64,000 bases of DNA from an uncultured bacterium (GTDB lineage: Bacteria; Acidobacteriota; Aminicenantia; Aminicenantales; Saccharicenantaceae). Below, in pieces: positions 1 through 9,102 of the stretch (position 1 is the first letter of the stretch; the number at the start of each line of letters is the position of its first letter). The position numbers and the translations under genes are program-made. Location of the stretch: assembly GCA_963805015.1 (NCBI GenBank), contig CAWDSL010000012.1:1712-65711 (forward strand), given 5' to 3'. Under the pieces are notes generated by a model. The model worked only from the letters and a program-made list of their open reading frames with translations. It ran no database searches and was not told the origin of the DNA.

Positions 1-275
1 TCCCCAGAGGAATCCGACCACGCCAGGATGAAAACGACGATGCTGGCGACGGCCGCGACGGCCAGGGAAACGAGCCAGTAACGCCGGACCCTCCTCGACG
101 TCCTCTCTTTGACGCACTCATCGCAGATGGGTGTCTCGAACCGGTAGATCGGAACGACGCCGACCTTCATCTCGCTGGACTTGGCGCAATAGAACGGGAC
201 GGCGCTCTGAGCGATCCGCGTCCCGCAGACGCGGCAGATCCCGACCATCCCCGAAGTCGCGTCACTGGTGTTCAT
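1..275 (-). CDS. zinc-ribbon membrane protein (partial, C-terminus beyond window start)
   Basis: My own translation from ATG 275..273 gives MNTSDATSGMVGICRVCGT..PICDECVKERTSRRVRRYWLVSLAVAAVASIVVFILAW, i.e. CxxC..CxxC, a basic patch and a TM helix. It is absent from the ORF track because it has no stop in the window. An ATGA overlap (272..275) with the stop of the upstream ORF suggests translational coupling. Confidence 0.5.
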   Translation of the reverse strand, partial: MNTSDATSGMVGICRVCGTRIAQSAVPFYCAKSSEMKVGVVPIYRFETPICDECVKERTSRRVRRYWLVSLAVAAVASIVVFILAWSDSSG

Positions 276-886
276 GATCGGCGCTCCTCTTTGTCTTCCC
301 ATCCCCAGCGGACGCCGCAATGCGGACAATGCTCGCCGACCTTGGACGAAGCCGGGACCTCGGCCTTGCACGCGCCGCAGCGTTTGACGATCCGGGGCGG
401 CAGACCGGTCCCCTGGCGCATCCGGAAGGCGTCTTCGGTCAGCGTGTCGATCCGGAACCGCTCTCCGGGGTGTTCCTTACTGAGGGCGGCCGAATGCTCC
501 CGCTTGATGCGGCGGACGAGCCGCTGGACCGGCAGGAAACGGGAATTGGCCAACATGTAGGCGAACAGGACGGCCAAGCCGATCATGGGAAAGAGCGGGC
601 TTCGGCTCTCGATCGCCAGCCAGATCCAGCCCGCCAACATCCCCAGCGAGATACCCAGGAAGACCGCCCGCCGGCGTTCGCAGCGAGCGCAGACGCGGTA
701 GTCCTCCGGCCGGAAATCGTGCGCTTGCTTGATCGCGGCCGTGTCCAGAGTCGTGAAGTCGAGCCCTTTGTCCGCCAGGGGCACGTCGCGGACGAAGATC
801 CGATAAAGCTTCGGATGGTCGGTGACGAGGCGGCAGAGATCGCAGCGAACGCTCTCGGGCTCCCGCCCGTTCGGAGCGGATGGCAT
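272..886 (-). CDS. zinc-ribbon membrane protein (CxxC..CxxC, 2 TM helices, second CxxC..CxxC)
   Basis: ORF 272..907. I prefer ATG 886..884, preceded by AGGAGG with a 4-nt spacer. Motifs are CDLC..CARC, TM helices (FLGISLGMLAGWIWLAI, MIGLAVLFAYML), then CGAC..CPHC. Confidence 0.6.
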   Translation of the reverse strand: MPSAPNGREPESVRCDLCRLVTDHPKLYRIFVRDVPLADKGLDFTTLDTAAIKQAHDFRPEDYRVCARCERRRAVFLGISLGMLAGWIWLAIESRSPLFPMIGLAVLFAYMLANSRFLPVQRLVRRIKREHSAALSKEHPGERFRIDTLTEDAFRMRQGTGLPPRIVKRCGACKAEVPASSKVGEHCPHCGVRWGWEDKEERRS

Positions 887-1047
887 GGGCCCTCCTGAAC
901 TCGACAATTGCGCCCGATGATAGCCGCGCGAGGGACCGAAGTCAAGGCAAGGCCGGAACGCGCTTGTGTCCGTCCCCGCAAACGGGGTATGCTCGCTGGC
1001 AAACGTCCGGACAGAAAGGCTTTCGCGCCGAAGGAGGGAGGAACGCC

Positions 1048-2517
1048 ATGATCCGAGCGAACGCGGTGATCTCGAGGGCCCGCCGGGACATCTGGGATTG
1101 GCTGATGGAGCCGGCCCACTGGAAGCTCTGGGGACAGGGCGATCTCGTGGAGGTGACGCCCGGCTGGCAGGCCGGCGCTTCGATGAAATGGGCCATCGGG
1201 CCGCCCTCGAAGCTCGCCGCCTTCCAGGAAGAAACCGTCATCGGCATCGAAAGCGAGTTCCTGCTATCGACGATCGGCCTCAAGGCCGTGGGGCCCGGAG
1301 AGACCGAGGTCGAGATCGTCGAAGCGCCTCTGCGCGGGGCGTCGTTCTCCGACGCGGGCCAAGGGCGGCTCGCCCAGCTCGATAAAAGCCTCCGCGATCT
1401 CAAACGGCTGATGGAAACCCGTCCGGCCTTCCTGGCCCCTTTGAGCGCCCAGGAGAAGCTCGCGGCGGGGAATTTCCCGCTGGACGTTTACGAATCCATC
1501 ATCCTCGAAAAGACCCCGGGCGTTCCCAACATGGTCATGGCCTCGCCGGGCCCCGATGCCTTCGCCCGCCTTCAGGACCAGCAGGACATCCTCCGCAAGC
1601 TGGAGGCCGGTGATATCAGGCGTCTCAAAGAGTCCGTCGCCCAGGTGATGGAGGCCGACCTCGTGGCCCGGGGAGCGAAACCCGTCGGGCCCGTGATCGT
1701 GGCCAGGGGCGGGAGCGCCCAGGACCTCGTTCGCGGCGCGGAGATCTACGGTCTGGCCGCCCGATGGAACCCCTACAACGCCCTGGCCCTGATGAGCTGC
1801 GGTGTCGCCCTGGCCAAGGCGGGATATCTGCGAGAGGCCTTGCCTTGGCTCGAGCGGGCCCGCGAGGTCGATCCCGAAAGCCAGCGGATCAAGACCAATA
1901 TCGAGGCCATCCGGGCCGACGTCGCCAAAAGCATGCGATCGCGGACTCTTCCGCCGGATCTTCCCGGCGTCCTCCCGGCCAGCTTGGCGGCGGGGGCCAT
2001 CCCGCCGTTCGACCTCGTCTGGCCGCCCGTACGACAGGCGGCTCCCGAGGCCGCGAAGGGCCGTATCGCGCCCCGGCCCCAGGCCCAGCCCCTTCCGCCG
2101 ACGGAAACGTCCTACGCCTCGCCGGGCACGCGCCTCGCGGCGGCTCTCCTCGATGGGCTGATCGTCTCGCTGGCCACGATGCCGCTCCAGGTGGCGGCGG
2201 TGATCGGAAGCTCGGGACCTGCGGGCCGCGGCCCCAAGCCCGGGTGGATGCTGGCGGTGATCGCCGTCTGGTGGCTCTACTGTGCGCTCCTCGAATCCTC
2301 GGCGAGAGGCGCGACCTTGGGCAAACGGATCCTCGGCTTGAGGGTCGTCGATCTGGACGGCCGTCGCCTCGGCTTCGGCCGCGCGACGTGGCGCTTCTTC
2401 GCCAAGCTCTTGGGCCTCCTGACCTTCATGATCGGCTACGCCATGGCCGTCTTTACGCCGAAGAACCAGGCCCTCCACGACTATCTGGCCAAAACCCTGG
2501 TCATCAAGAACTCCTGA
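1048..2517 (+). CDS. SRPBCC-like / helical-repeat / RDD-family fusion membrane protein
   Basis: Lies within ORF 880..2517; ATG 1048 is preceded by AAGGAGGGAGG. The N-terminus resembles SRPBCC/AHSA1-type proteins (AVISRARRDIWDWLMEPAHWKLW). The C-terminus is a typical RDD TM domain (LLDGLIVSL..GATLGKRILGLRVVDLDGRRLGFGRATWRF..ALHDYLAKTLV). Confidence 0.7.
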   Translation: MIRANAVISRARRDIWDWLMEPAHWKLWGQGDLVEVTPGWQAGASMKWAIGPPSKLAAFQEETVIGIESEFLLSTIGLKAVGPGETEVEIVEAPLRGASFSDAGQGRLAQLDKSLRDLKRLMETRPAFLAPLSAQEKLAAGNFPLDVYESIILEKTPGVPNMVMASPGPDAFARLQDQQDILRKLEAGDIRRLKESVAQVMEADLVARGAKPVGPVIVARGGSAQDLVRGAEIYGLAARWNPYNALALMSCGVALAKAGYLREALPWLERAREVDPESQRIKTNIEAIRADVAKSMRSRTLPPDLPGVLPASLAAGAIPPFDLVWPPVRQAAPEAAKGRIAPRPQAQPLPPTETSYASPGTRLAAALLDGLIVSLATMPLQVAAVIGSSGPAGRGPKPGWMLAVIAVWWLYCALLESSARGATLGKRILGLRVVDLDGRRLGFGRATWRFFAKLLGLLTFMIGYAMAVFTPKNQALHDYLAKTLVIKNS

Positions 2518-2528
2518 GAGGTTCCGCC

Positions 2529-3890
2529 ATGTCAAGATCCAGCTCAAGGCCGACAAGAAGATCGCGGAAAGTCCCGATCCTCGGAGGGATCGCGCTCCTC
2601 GGGCTCGTTCTCACGGCCGCGTTCCTGGCCGGAACTAAAAGCCTGGCTGCCCAAACGGACCCATCCCCAAGCCCCCAAACGCGCGAGCGCCGGCAACTTC
2701 CGGACGAGCAGGTCCCGTTCGTCGTCATCGGGGTCCTGGCGTTGACCATCACTCCAGTCATTCTCGGGATCAAGGCGGCGAAGCGAAAGGGCGTCTCGCC
2801 GCACTGGATGTGGTTCGGGCTTCATCCCCTCGGCGGCTGGATCGCCTATCTGGTCATCCGCAGCCGGCCGGATCGGAGGCCGGCTCCTTTGCCTCGAGCG
2901 AGGCACGCGGATAGGATCGTCCCGACGGAGCGCTCCGGCGCTCCGGCCGGGTCGGTCGTCCAGGCCGCGAGGGCCGTAGAGAAAGCCGTCCCGGCCCCCC
3001 CGGCACCCCCGGCCAAAGGTCTGGTCAATCGGGGGGACCGGCAGGATGATCTACAGCAGGCGATGGCCTACTGGATCGAGCGCTTTTCCTCGCCGGTGAA
3101 GGACCCGTTCGTCATGTATTTTTTCGACACCGGGAAAGAGGCCCGCGAGGCGCTTCTGGACCTCCCCTGCATCCACGAAGGACCGGACGGGAAGCTCATC
3201 TGCACCGAGCCCCTGATCTTCGGTTATTACCGGCAGTCGGACGGTCTTTACGAGGCGGTCATCTGCGGGGACAAGCTGACTCACGACCTGTGGGAACGGG
3301 CCAAGGCCAGTTTCGAAAGTCACGGCGGCCGGAGGAAGAACGATCTCGAGCCCGTGGTGGCCGGCCCTACCGCTCCCCCGGCCGGTCCTCCCGCTTCGCC
3401 CGAGGACGTCGTCTTCGTGAAGGAAGAGCGAAAACCCACCAAGTTGGGATCGGGGATCGCGACCTACCGGATCCATAAGGGGCCTGACGAGGCTTCGGCC
3501 CGGGCCTTCTTGGAGCGCCATCCCGTCACCAAGGAATTCCATTATCTGGTCGTCGAGACTCCCGAAGGCAGCTTCGGGCGCGATATCCAGGGGATCTATG
3601 AGGAGACCGGCGGCCGGCCGGCCGTCGCCGGGTCCGGCGGACCGCCCGCCTCCGCGCCGATGAGCGACTCGGCTATGTTCAAGGCCCTCGCGGACCTCTG
3701 TTATGCCTATCAGCAGAACGACCGGGCGGCGATCGACCGGCTCGAGCCCGTGGCCACGGCCATCGGCCAAGAGCTCAACCGCCGGGGAGGCAAAGGGGCC
3801 ATGCTCGCGATGTGGGAGAGCTTGGGGAACAGGCCCGGTGCCAGGACCTTGGATATGCATTGGAGCGGCATCGGGGAGTGGCTGGGCTAG
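2529..3890 (+). CDS. hypothetical membrane-anchored protein
   Basis: In frame with ORF 1764..3890; ATG 2529 is preceded by GAGAGG. The N-terminus has TM helices (ILGGIALLGLVLTAAFLAG, VVIGVLALTITPVILGI, GLHPLGGWIAYLVI), followed by a ~300-aa soluble region with no family I recognise. Confidence 0.6.
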   Translation: MSRSSSRPTRRSRKVPILGGIALLGLVLTAAFLAGTKSLAAQTDPSPSPQTRERRQLPDEQVPFVVIGVLALTITPVILGIKAAKRKGVSPHWMWFGLHPLGGWIAYLVIRSRPDRRPAPLPRARHADRIVPTERSGAPAGSVVQAARAVEKAVPAPPAPPAKGLVNRGDRQDDLQQAMAYWIERFSSPVKDPFVMYFFDTGKEAREALLDLPCIHEGPDGKLICTEPLIFGYYRQSDGLYEAVICGDKLTHDLWERAKASFESHGGRRKNDLEPVVAGPTAPPAGPPASPEDVVFVKEERKPTKLGSGIATYRIHKGPDEASARAFLERHPVTKEFHYLVVETPEGSFGRDIQGIYEETGGRPAVAGSGGPPASAPMSDSAMFKALADLCYAYQQNDRAAIDRLEPVATAIGQELNRRGGKGAMLAMWESLGNRPGARTLDMHWSGIGEWLG

Positions 3891-3914
3891 GGCCCAACCC
3901 CGGTCCGTCCGGCC

Positions 3915-5753
3915 CTACGCGGCCGGGCGGAGGCGCTTGCGGAACCAGGGCTGAAGGGCCTTCATCTTGGCGATCTGCGAGGCCGGGGCCCGGCGTCGGG
4001 CGGTCGCGAGCTCCGCGCTCCCCGCAGGCGCTCCCCAGCGGATCTCGATGCTGTCGTTGGGGTTGTAGCCCGTCTCGAAGGCCTCCTGCCGCCGGAAGAT
4101 CTCCTCGAGGGTCAAGACGCGCGAAGAGCCGTCCGAGCCGGCGTAGGTGATCGAGAGTTCCGCCGCACGCTTTCTCAGCACGGCCTCGAGCTTGCGCAGG
4201 ATCCCGTCGGCCGTCCCCTTTCCGTCCATCCCGTAGGCCGCGGGGTCCCGGGCGACCTTCTCCGGGAACTCGAGGACGGTGTCGATGGCGATGAGCAGGC
4301 GCAAGTCGCGGTTCGGCGTCGAGTAATCCTCCCACAGGCCCAGGGTCTGGAAGACGCCCTTGCCCGACGGCATGGGGACGACCGTGCCGGGATGGGCCCG
4401 CATATACGCTTCGCCGTTGGCCACCGAGTCGACGCGGACGAGGAGCTGCTCGTGGAGGGCCCGGAAGAGGTCCGCGAAGGCGGCTTCGGCGTCGAGCGGC
4501 TCGGGATTGATGAGCTTCTCCATGGCCGCGTAGAAATCGGCCATCGCCATATGCTCCTGGGCGAGCGAGTAGTCGCCATAGTCGGGGCTGGCCGCGATCT
4601 CCGCGTTCGACAGGAGCCGCGGCCGGCCCGACTCGACGGCGATGGGCCGGAAGACCTTGAAGCCCGGCTCGCCGACGACGTCCTCGGTGGTGAAGAGGAA
4701 GTTGCCCTTCCAAAAGCGCTTGACGCCGATCGTCCCGTCGGGCTGGGCGTCGACGCCGAGGAGCAGGCCGGGCTTACCGCGCGTCTGGGGGACCCAGCGG
4801 ACGAGGGTGTAGGTGTGCCCGTAGGGATCGGCGTAGACGGTCCCGGGCCGCAGGGCCCGGCGGGTGAGCGCCAGCGGGTAGTAGTCGGTCCCGTCGGCCC
4901 GGAGCGCAGTCCGGCCGTTGCCGGCGTGGACGACGTTCTTGACCTGATTGAGCAGACGCGCCATGGCCGAGACCGGCGACGGGGCGCCGGTCGGGGAAGG
5001 AGTCTCGGCGGCGATGAAGCGCCCGGCTTGCGGCGGCGATTCGACGGTGCCCCAGCTCGTCTCGTGGAAGCCGAAGGGCAGGCCGGTCTTCCAGGCGAAG
5101 TAAGCCCGCAGGAAGTAGGGGTTGTCGGCGCAGTCGGGGGTCATCCCCAGCGCGCTCTTTCCGGACGGCTCGTCCTCTCCAAGGCCGAGGTGGCCGTGGA
5201 GGAGGTTCCTGCTGCTGTCGCGCGTGACCTCGTGGAGGGCCTTCCAGGAAGAGCGTTCGTCGGCGCCGGCGAAGAGGGCTTCGATCCAGGCCGAGTAGAG
5301 GATCTCGGCGGCCCGGGACCAACCGCCGCCGGCGGAGAGGCGCGCGTCAGGGCCGATCTCGATCTCGGCGCGGCCGGAGCGGAGGAGGACGACGGGATCG
5401 GTCGAGGGAGAGGCGGTGAATTCCGCGGCCACCCAGAACGGAGGCCCCCCTCCCCTTCTTATTCGCGAGGGCTCGACGGCGCCGTCCGGGCCGCGGAGGG
5501 CGATCCCGACCTTGGAGGCCTCCGTTTCGAAAGCGGCCAGGACGCAGAGCGGTTCACCCGCGCGCGGGGAACGGGGCGAGACGAGGACGGCCGGAGCGGC
5601 GGGAACGGCGGTCGAGGCCTCGAGAGAGGGATTGCCGGGCGATTCCTCAGACCGGCAGGCGACGGCGGCCGCGATGAGAAGCCCGGCCGCGAGCGCGGCG
5701 GCGAATAATCCCCTCGCTGGGCCCGGCGGGCCTTGGAGAGGCGAGGCGGTCAT
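3915..5753 (-). CDS. large lipoprotein, function unknown (possible papain/transglutaminase-like Cys-His-Asp core)
   Basis: A 612-aa intact ORF. Signal peptide with lipobox (LLIAAAVAC). Sequence context DCADNPYFLRAYFAWKTGLPF .. YGHTYTLVRW .. VDAQPDG resembles C/H/D triads. Sits directly downstream of the OMP gene on the same strand. Confidence 0.65.
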   Translation of the reverse strand: MTASPLQGPPGPARGLFAAALAAGLLIAAAVACRSEESPGNPSLEASTAVPAAPAVLVSPRSPRAGEPLCVLAAFETEASKVGIALRGPDGAVEPSRIRRGGGPPFWVAAEFTASPSTDPVVLLRSGRAEIEIGPDARLSAGGGWSRAAEILYSAWIEALFAGADERSSWKALHEVTRDSSRNLLHGHLGLGEDEPSGKSALGMTPDCADNPYFLRAYFAWKTGLPFGFHETSWGTVESPPQAGRFIAAETPSPTGAPSPVSAMARLLNQVKNVVHAGNGRTALRADGTDYYPLALTRRALRPGTVYADPYGHTYTLVRWVPQTRGKPGLLLGVDAQPDGTIGVKRFWKGNFLFTTEDVVGEPGFKVFRPIAVESGRPRLLSNAEIAASPDYGDYSLAQEHMAMADFYAAMEKLINPEPLDAEAAFADLFRALHEQLLVRVDSVANGEAYMRAHPGTVVPMPSGKGVFQTLGLWEDYSTPNRDLRLLIAIDTVLEFPEKVARDPAAYGMDGKGTADGILRKLEAVLRKRAAELSITYAGSDGSSRVLTLEEIFRRQEAFETGYNPNDSIEIRWGAPAGSAELATARRRAPASQIAKMKALQPWFRKRLRPAA

Positions 5754-5787
5754 CGGAGCGGCGCCGGGCGTTTCGGACAGACCCGGA

Positions 5788-6240
5788 TCAGAAGTAATAC
5801 CGGAAGCCCACCGCGCCGCCCATGCCCACTTCGGTCGAGGGGATGAGGTCGAGCATGGGCACGATCTCGAGGAAGAGCTCCACGGGCGTCTTCTCGAACT
5901 CGTAGGAGAGGCCGACGGGCACGCGCAGGCTGACGATGGTGTCGGTGGCGAACCAGACCCGGGCGCCGATGCCGTAGTAGAGGGCCATGCGGCCGGTCTC
6001 GACCCGGAAGAGGCCGAAATTGTGGAAGAGCAGGTCGCCGTGGACCTGGAAGTGCTTCTCGTCGACGATCGACCAGGCCGCGCCGGCGTCGAAGGCCACG
6101 GTCTGGCGGTTCCAGATCTTGAAGCTGATGCCGGTCGGCTCGCCGAGGATGATGCCGAGGCCGATATTGTGGTTGCTCTCGGCGAACGACAGTCCGGCGA
6201 GGCAGCCGAAGATGACGAGGGCGAAGGCGACTTTCTTCAT
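5788..6240 (-). CDS. small outer-membrane beta-barrel protein
   Basis: A 150-aa ORF with AAGGAG upstream and a signal peptide (MKKVAFALVIFGCLAGLSFA). Alternating hydrophobic beta-strand pattern and a C-terminal aromatic end (GFRYYF). Confidence 0.7.
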   Translation of the reverse strand: MKKVAFALVIFGCLAGLSFAESNHNIGLGIILGEPTGISFKIWNRQTVAFDAGAAWSIVDEKHFQVHGDLLFHNFGLFRVETGRMALYYGIGARVWFATDTIVSLRVPVGLSYEFEKTPVELFLEIVPMLDLIPSTEVGMGGAVGFRYYF

Positions 6241-6391
6241 CGTGTTGACTCCTTGTTCCCAAGCGGATCGCTAAAAACGATACCACCAAAGCGCTGGCCG
6301 GTCAAACCCGAAAGGGGGTATTTTAGGTCATTGACACGGCCTGCGGCCCGGTATATCGTCCTGCCATCCAATGCTCGAAAAGGGGAACGAA

Positions 6392-7813
6392 ATGACCATT
6401 CAAGGATCTTGGCAGGGGATGACGCTGCGCAAGCTTCTGGGCTGTGACGGCGCGCGGATCGATTGGCGGTTCCCGGTTGTTTTTATGGTCGCCCAGCTTC
6501 TGTCCAACCTGCCGGGGATGATCCGAAGTGTGGCGGTCTGGAACGTCATACCCAAGGACTTTCGCCTTTGGATCATATTGGCCCCGTTCATCGGGCCGCT
6601 TCTCCTGACCGCGGCCGCGGTCTTGGCGTTCCGCGCCGTCCGGAACGTCTGGCTCGCCGCCGCGGTGGGCGCTTCGGCGTATGCGCTGGCCATGGTCCCC
6701 GTCCGGATCGCGTTCGCTCCGGGGTTCCAGGCCTTAAACATCTTCTACAGCTGGCTGTGGATGTTCTTGTTCTTCGTCGGCTTGGCTCTGGCGTTGCGGC
6801 TGATCTCCGTTCTTCCTCTGGCGCTCGCGGTCGGGGCCGCCGCGGCGGACCTGTTGAATTCGGCGATAAACACCGCCATCAACGTTTTGACCCATCCGGG
6901 CATCCGGTTGAGTTTTTCGGGCGAGCTGAGCAATGCCGTGATGACCCTGGTCGCGTCCGCGGTCTTCGGGCTCGCGGTTTGGGGAGGGTTGCATCTTGTC
7001 GGCGCCCGTTTCGAATCCGCCGACGCCCAGGCCCCGCCCCTGACGGCGGAAGCGGCCGGCACGGATGCCTGGCTGCGGAAAGCCCTGACGTTCTATGGTC
7101 TGCGACGGCAGCTGCGCGCCGCGGGTATCGGCAGCCTGCTGTTCGGCGTTATCGCGTTCTTCTTGGGAGCCTCCACGATGGGCCAGGTCCCGCTCAATGG
7201 CATGCTCGCGCTTTTGGGCCTCCTCCTGATCGTCGAGGGCGTCTGGGTCATTGCCGCGCCTTCCGCCTCCGGCATCATCGTCGACGGCCTTTTCGTGACC
7301 GCCATAGGCGTCTGGAACATCGTTGTCAGCCTGGTGGAGATCGGCGGGAATTCCGGGGGCTCGCTAACGGGGCGTTTCCTGATATTCGGCATCTTCCAGA
7401 TCGGTTGGGGGATCGGGCGGATCGCCCAATACAAGCGCTACGCCTATCTCCGGGGCTTCACCCTGGACCCCGCCGGCCGGGCCCGGATCGAGCAGGAGAT
7501 CGCTTCCGTCCGATCCGATACGATCCGTCCGGACGTCGTGGCGTTCAAGACACGGTCGCTCAGTCCCGTGGAGGGACGCCTTCGACTCATTGAGGGCTCC
7601 GCGGCCTTCTTCCTCCGCGGCAAGATCGTCGAGGTGCTCTCTCGGGATGAGATCGCCTGCGAGGCGGCTGTCGCCAAGGACCCTGGCGGTCCGCTCAAGG
7701 CTTCGCTTCGCGCGGGAAAGCGAAAGCTCTCCGTGACCATCTCCCCCGACGCCTGCGAACGCCTGAGACGCTGGGCCACTGCCCAGCCGGCGGGGGTTCC
7801 TTCATCTAAATAA
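6392..7813 (+). CDS. polytopic membrane protein with soluble C-terminal domain
   Basis: ORF 6371..7813. The internal ATG 6392 has AAGGGGA 6 nt upstream. At least 8 predicted TM helices, then a ~110-aa soluble tail. No family recognised. Confidence 0.6.
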   Translation: MTIQGSWQGMTLRKLLGCDGARIDWRFPVVFMVAQLLSNLPGMIRSVAVWNVIPKDFRLWIILAPFIGPLLLTAAAVLAFRAVRNVWLAAAVGASAYALAMVPVRIAFAPGFQALNIFYSWLWMFLFFVGLALALRLISVLPLALAVGAAAADLLNSAINTAINVLTHPGIRLSFSGELSNAVMTLVASAVFGLAVWGGLHLVGARFESADAQAPPLTAEAAGTDAWLRKALTFYGLRRQLRAAGIGSLLFGVIAFFLGASTMGQVPLNGMLALLGLLLIVEGVWVIAAPSASGIIVDGLFVTAIGVWNIVVSLVEIGGNSGGSLTGRFLIFGIFQIGWGIGRIAQYKRYAYLRGFTLDPAGRARIEQEIASVRSDTIRPDVVAFKTRSLSPVEGRLRLIEGSAAFFLRGKIVEVLSRDEIACEAAVAKDPGGPLKASLRAGKRKLSVTISPDACERLRRWATAQPAGVPSSK

Positions 7814-7830
7814 AAACGTCCCCATTATCG
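7812..7830. repeat. partial copy of the GGGGAC/GTCCCC interspersed element
   Basis: The sequence aaaaacgtccccattatcg lies 14 nt upstream of the mntH ATG. It shares the GTCCCCAT core and A/T flank with the full copies listed below. Confidence 0.3.
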
Positions 7831-7846
7831 ACATGGGAGGGACGGG

Positions 7847-9102
7847 ATGAGGCTGGCCGAGCTGCTGAGGAGACACCGCCCCCGTCTGGAGGCGCCGGCT
7901 TTCCTGCGCTACATTGGCCCGGGCCTGCTGGTCACCGTCGGCTTCATCGACCCGGGCAACTGGGCCTCGAACATCGCCGCCGGCGCCTCTCACGGCTACA
8001 CCCTGCTCTGGATGGTCACCCTGGCCACGGTTATGCTGATCGTCCTCCAGCACAACGTCGCCCATCTCGGTATCGCCACGGGCCTGTGCCTGTCCGAAGC
8101 GGCGACCAAGCACATGCGCCCGGCCGCGTCGCGCCTCGTCCTTTCGAGCGCGGTCCTGGCCGCGGTCTCCACGGCCATGGCCGAGATCCTGGGCGCGGCC
8201 ATCGGCCTGGCCATGCTCTTCCCCTGGCTCCCGCTCCGGGCCGCGGCCGTCCTCGTGCTCGGCGTCGTCCTGGCGCTCCTTTTCTCGAACTCCTACCCGC
8301 GCCTCGAAAAATGGATCATCGCCTTCGTCTCCCTCATCGGGCTGTCGTTCCTGTTCGAGCTCACGATGGTCGACGTCTCGTGGGGCAAGGCGGCGGCCGC
8401 CTGGGTCGTGCCCGCGATCCCGGCCGGCTCCCTGCCCATCGTCATGGCCGTCCTCGGCGCCGTGGTCATGCCCCACAACATCTTCCTCCACTCCGAGGTC
8501 ATTCAGAGCCGGCAATGGAACCTCGGCGAGGAGAAGGTCATCCGGCGCCAGCTCAAGTACGAGTTCGCCGACACGCTCGTCTCCATGGTCGTCGGCTGGG
8601 GCATCAACAGCGCCATGATCCTGGTCGCCGCGGCGGCCTTCTTCGGCCGGTCCCCGGTTACCGAGCTCGGCCAGGCCCAAAAGATGCTGGGGCCGCTCGT
8701 CGGGCCGGCGGCCGCCGTGGTCTTCGCCCTGGCCTTGCTCCTCTCGGGGCTGTCCTCGTCGATCACGGCCGGGATGTCCGGGGCGACCATCTTCGCCGGC
8801 ATCTTCGGCGAGTCCTACGACATCAAGGACCTGCATTCGCGGGTCGGCGCGGCCGGGACGCTGGTGGCCGCGACCGCGGTCATCTTCCTCATCGGGGACC
8901 CTTCCGGGGGCTGGTCGTCTCGCAGATGCTGCTCAGCATGCAGCTGCCGTTCACCATCGTCACCCAGATCCGCCTGACCTCGTCGCCCAAGGTCATGGGC
9001 AAGTACGCCAACGGCACGGGGCTCAAGGTGCTGCTGTGGACGGTCGCCGCCGTCGTGATCGGCCTCAACGTCCTGCTGCTGAAGGCGCTGGTATTCGGCT
9101 AG
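7847..9102 (+). CDS. mntH: NRAMP-family divalent metal (Mn2+/Fe2+) transporter, one frame break near 8900
   Basis: ORF 7847..8977 carries the NRAMP signature (GPGLLVTVGFIDPGNWASNIAAG). The conserved C-terminus (FRGLVVSQMLLSMQLPFTIV..) continues in the frame of ORF 8086..9102. The junction is at gaccc/ttcc (8898-8902), a C-run. Confidence 0.85.
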
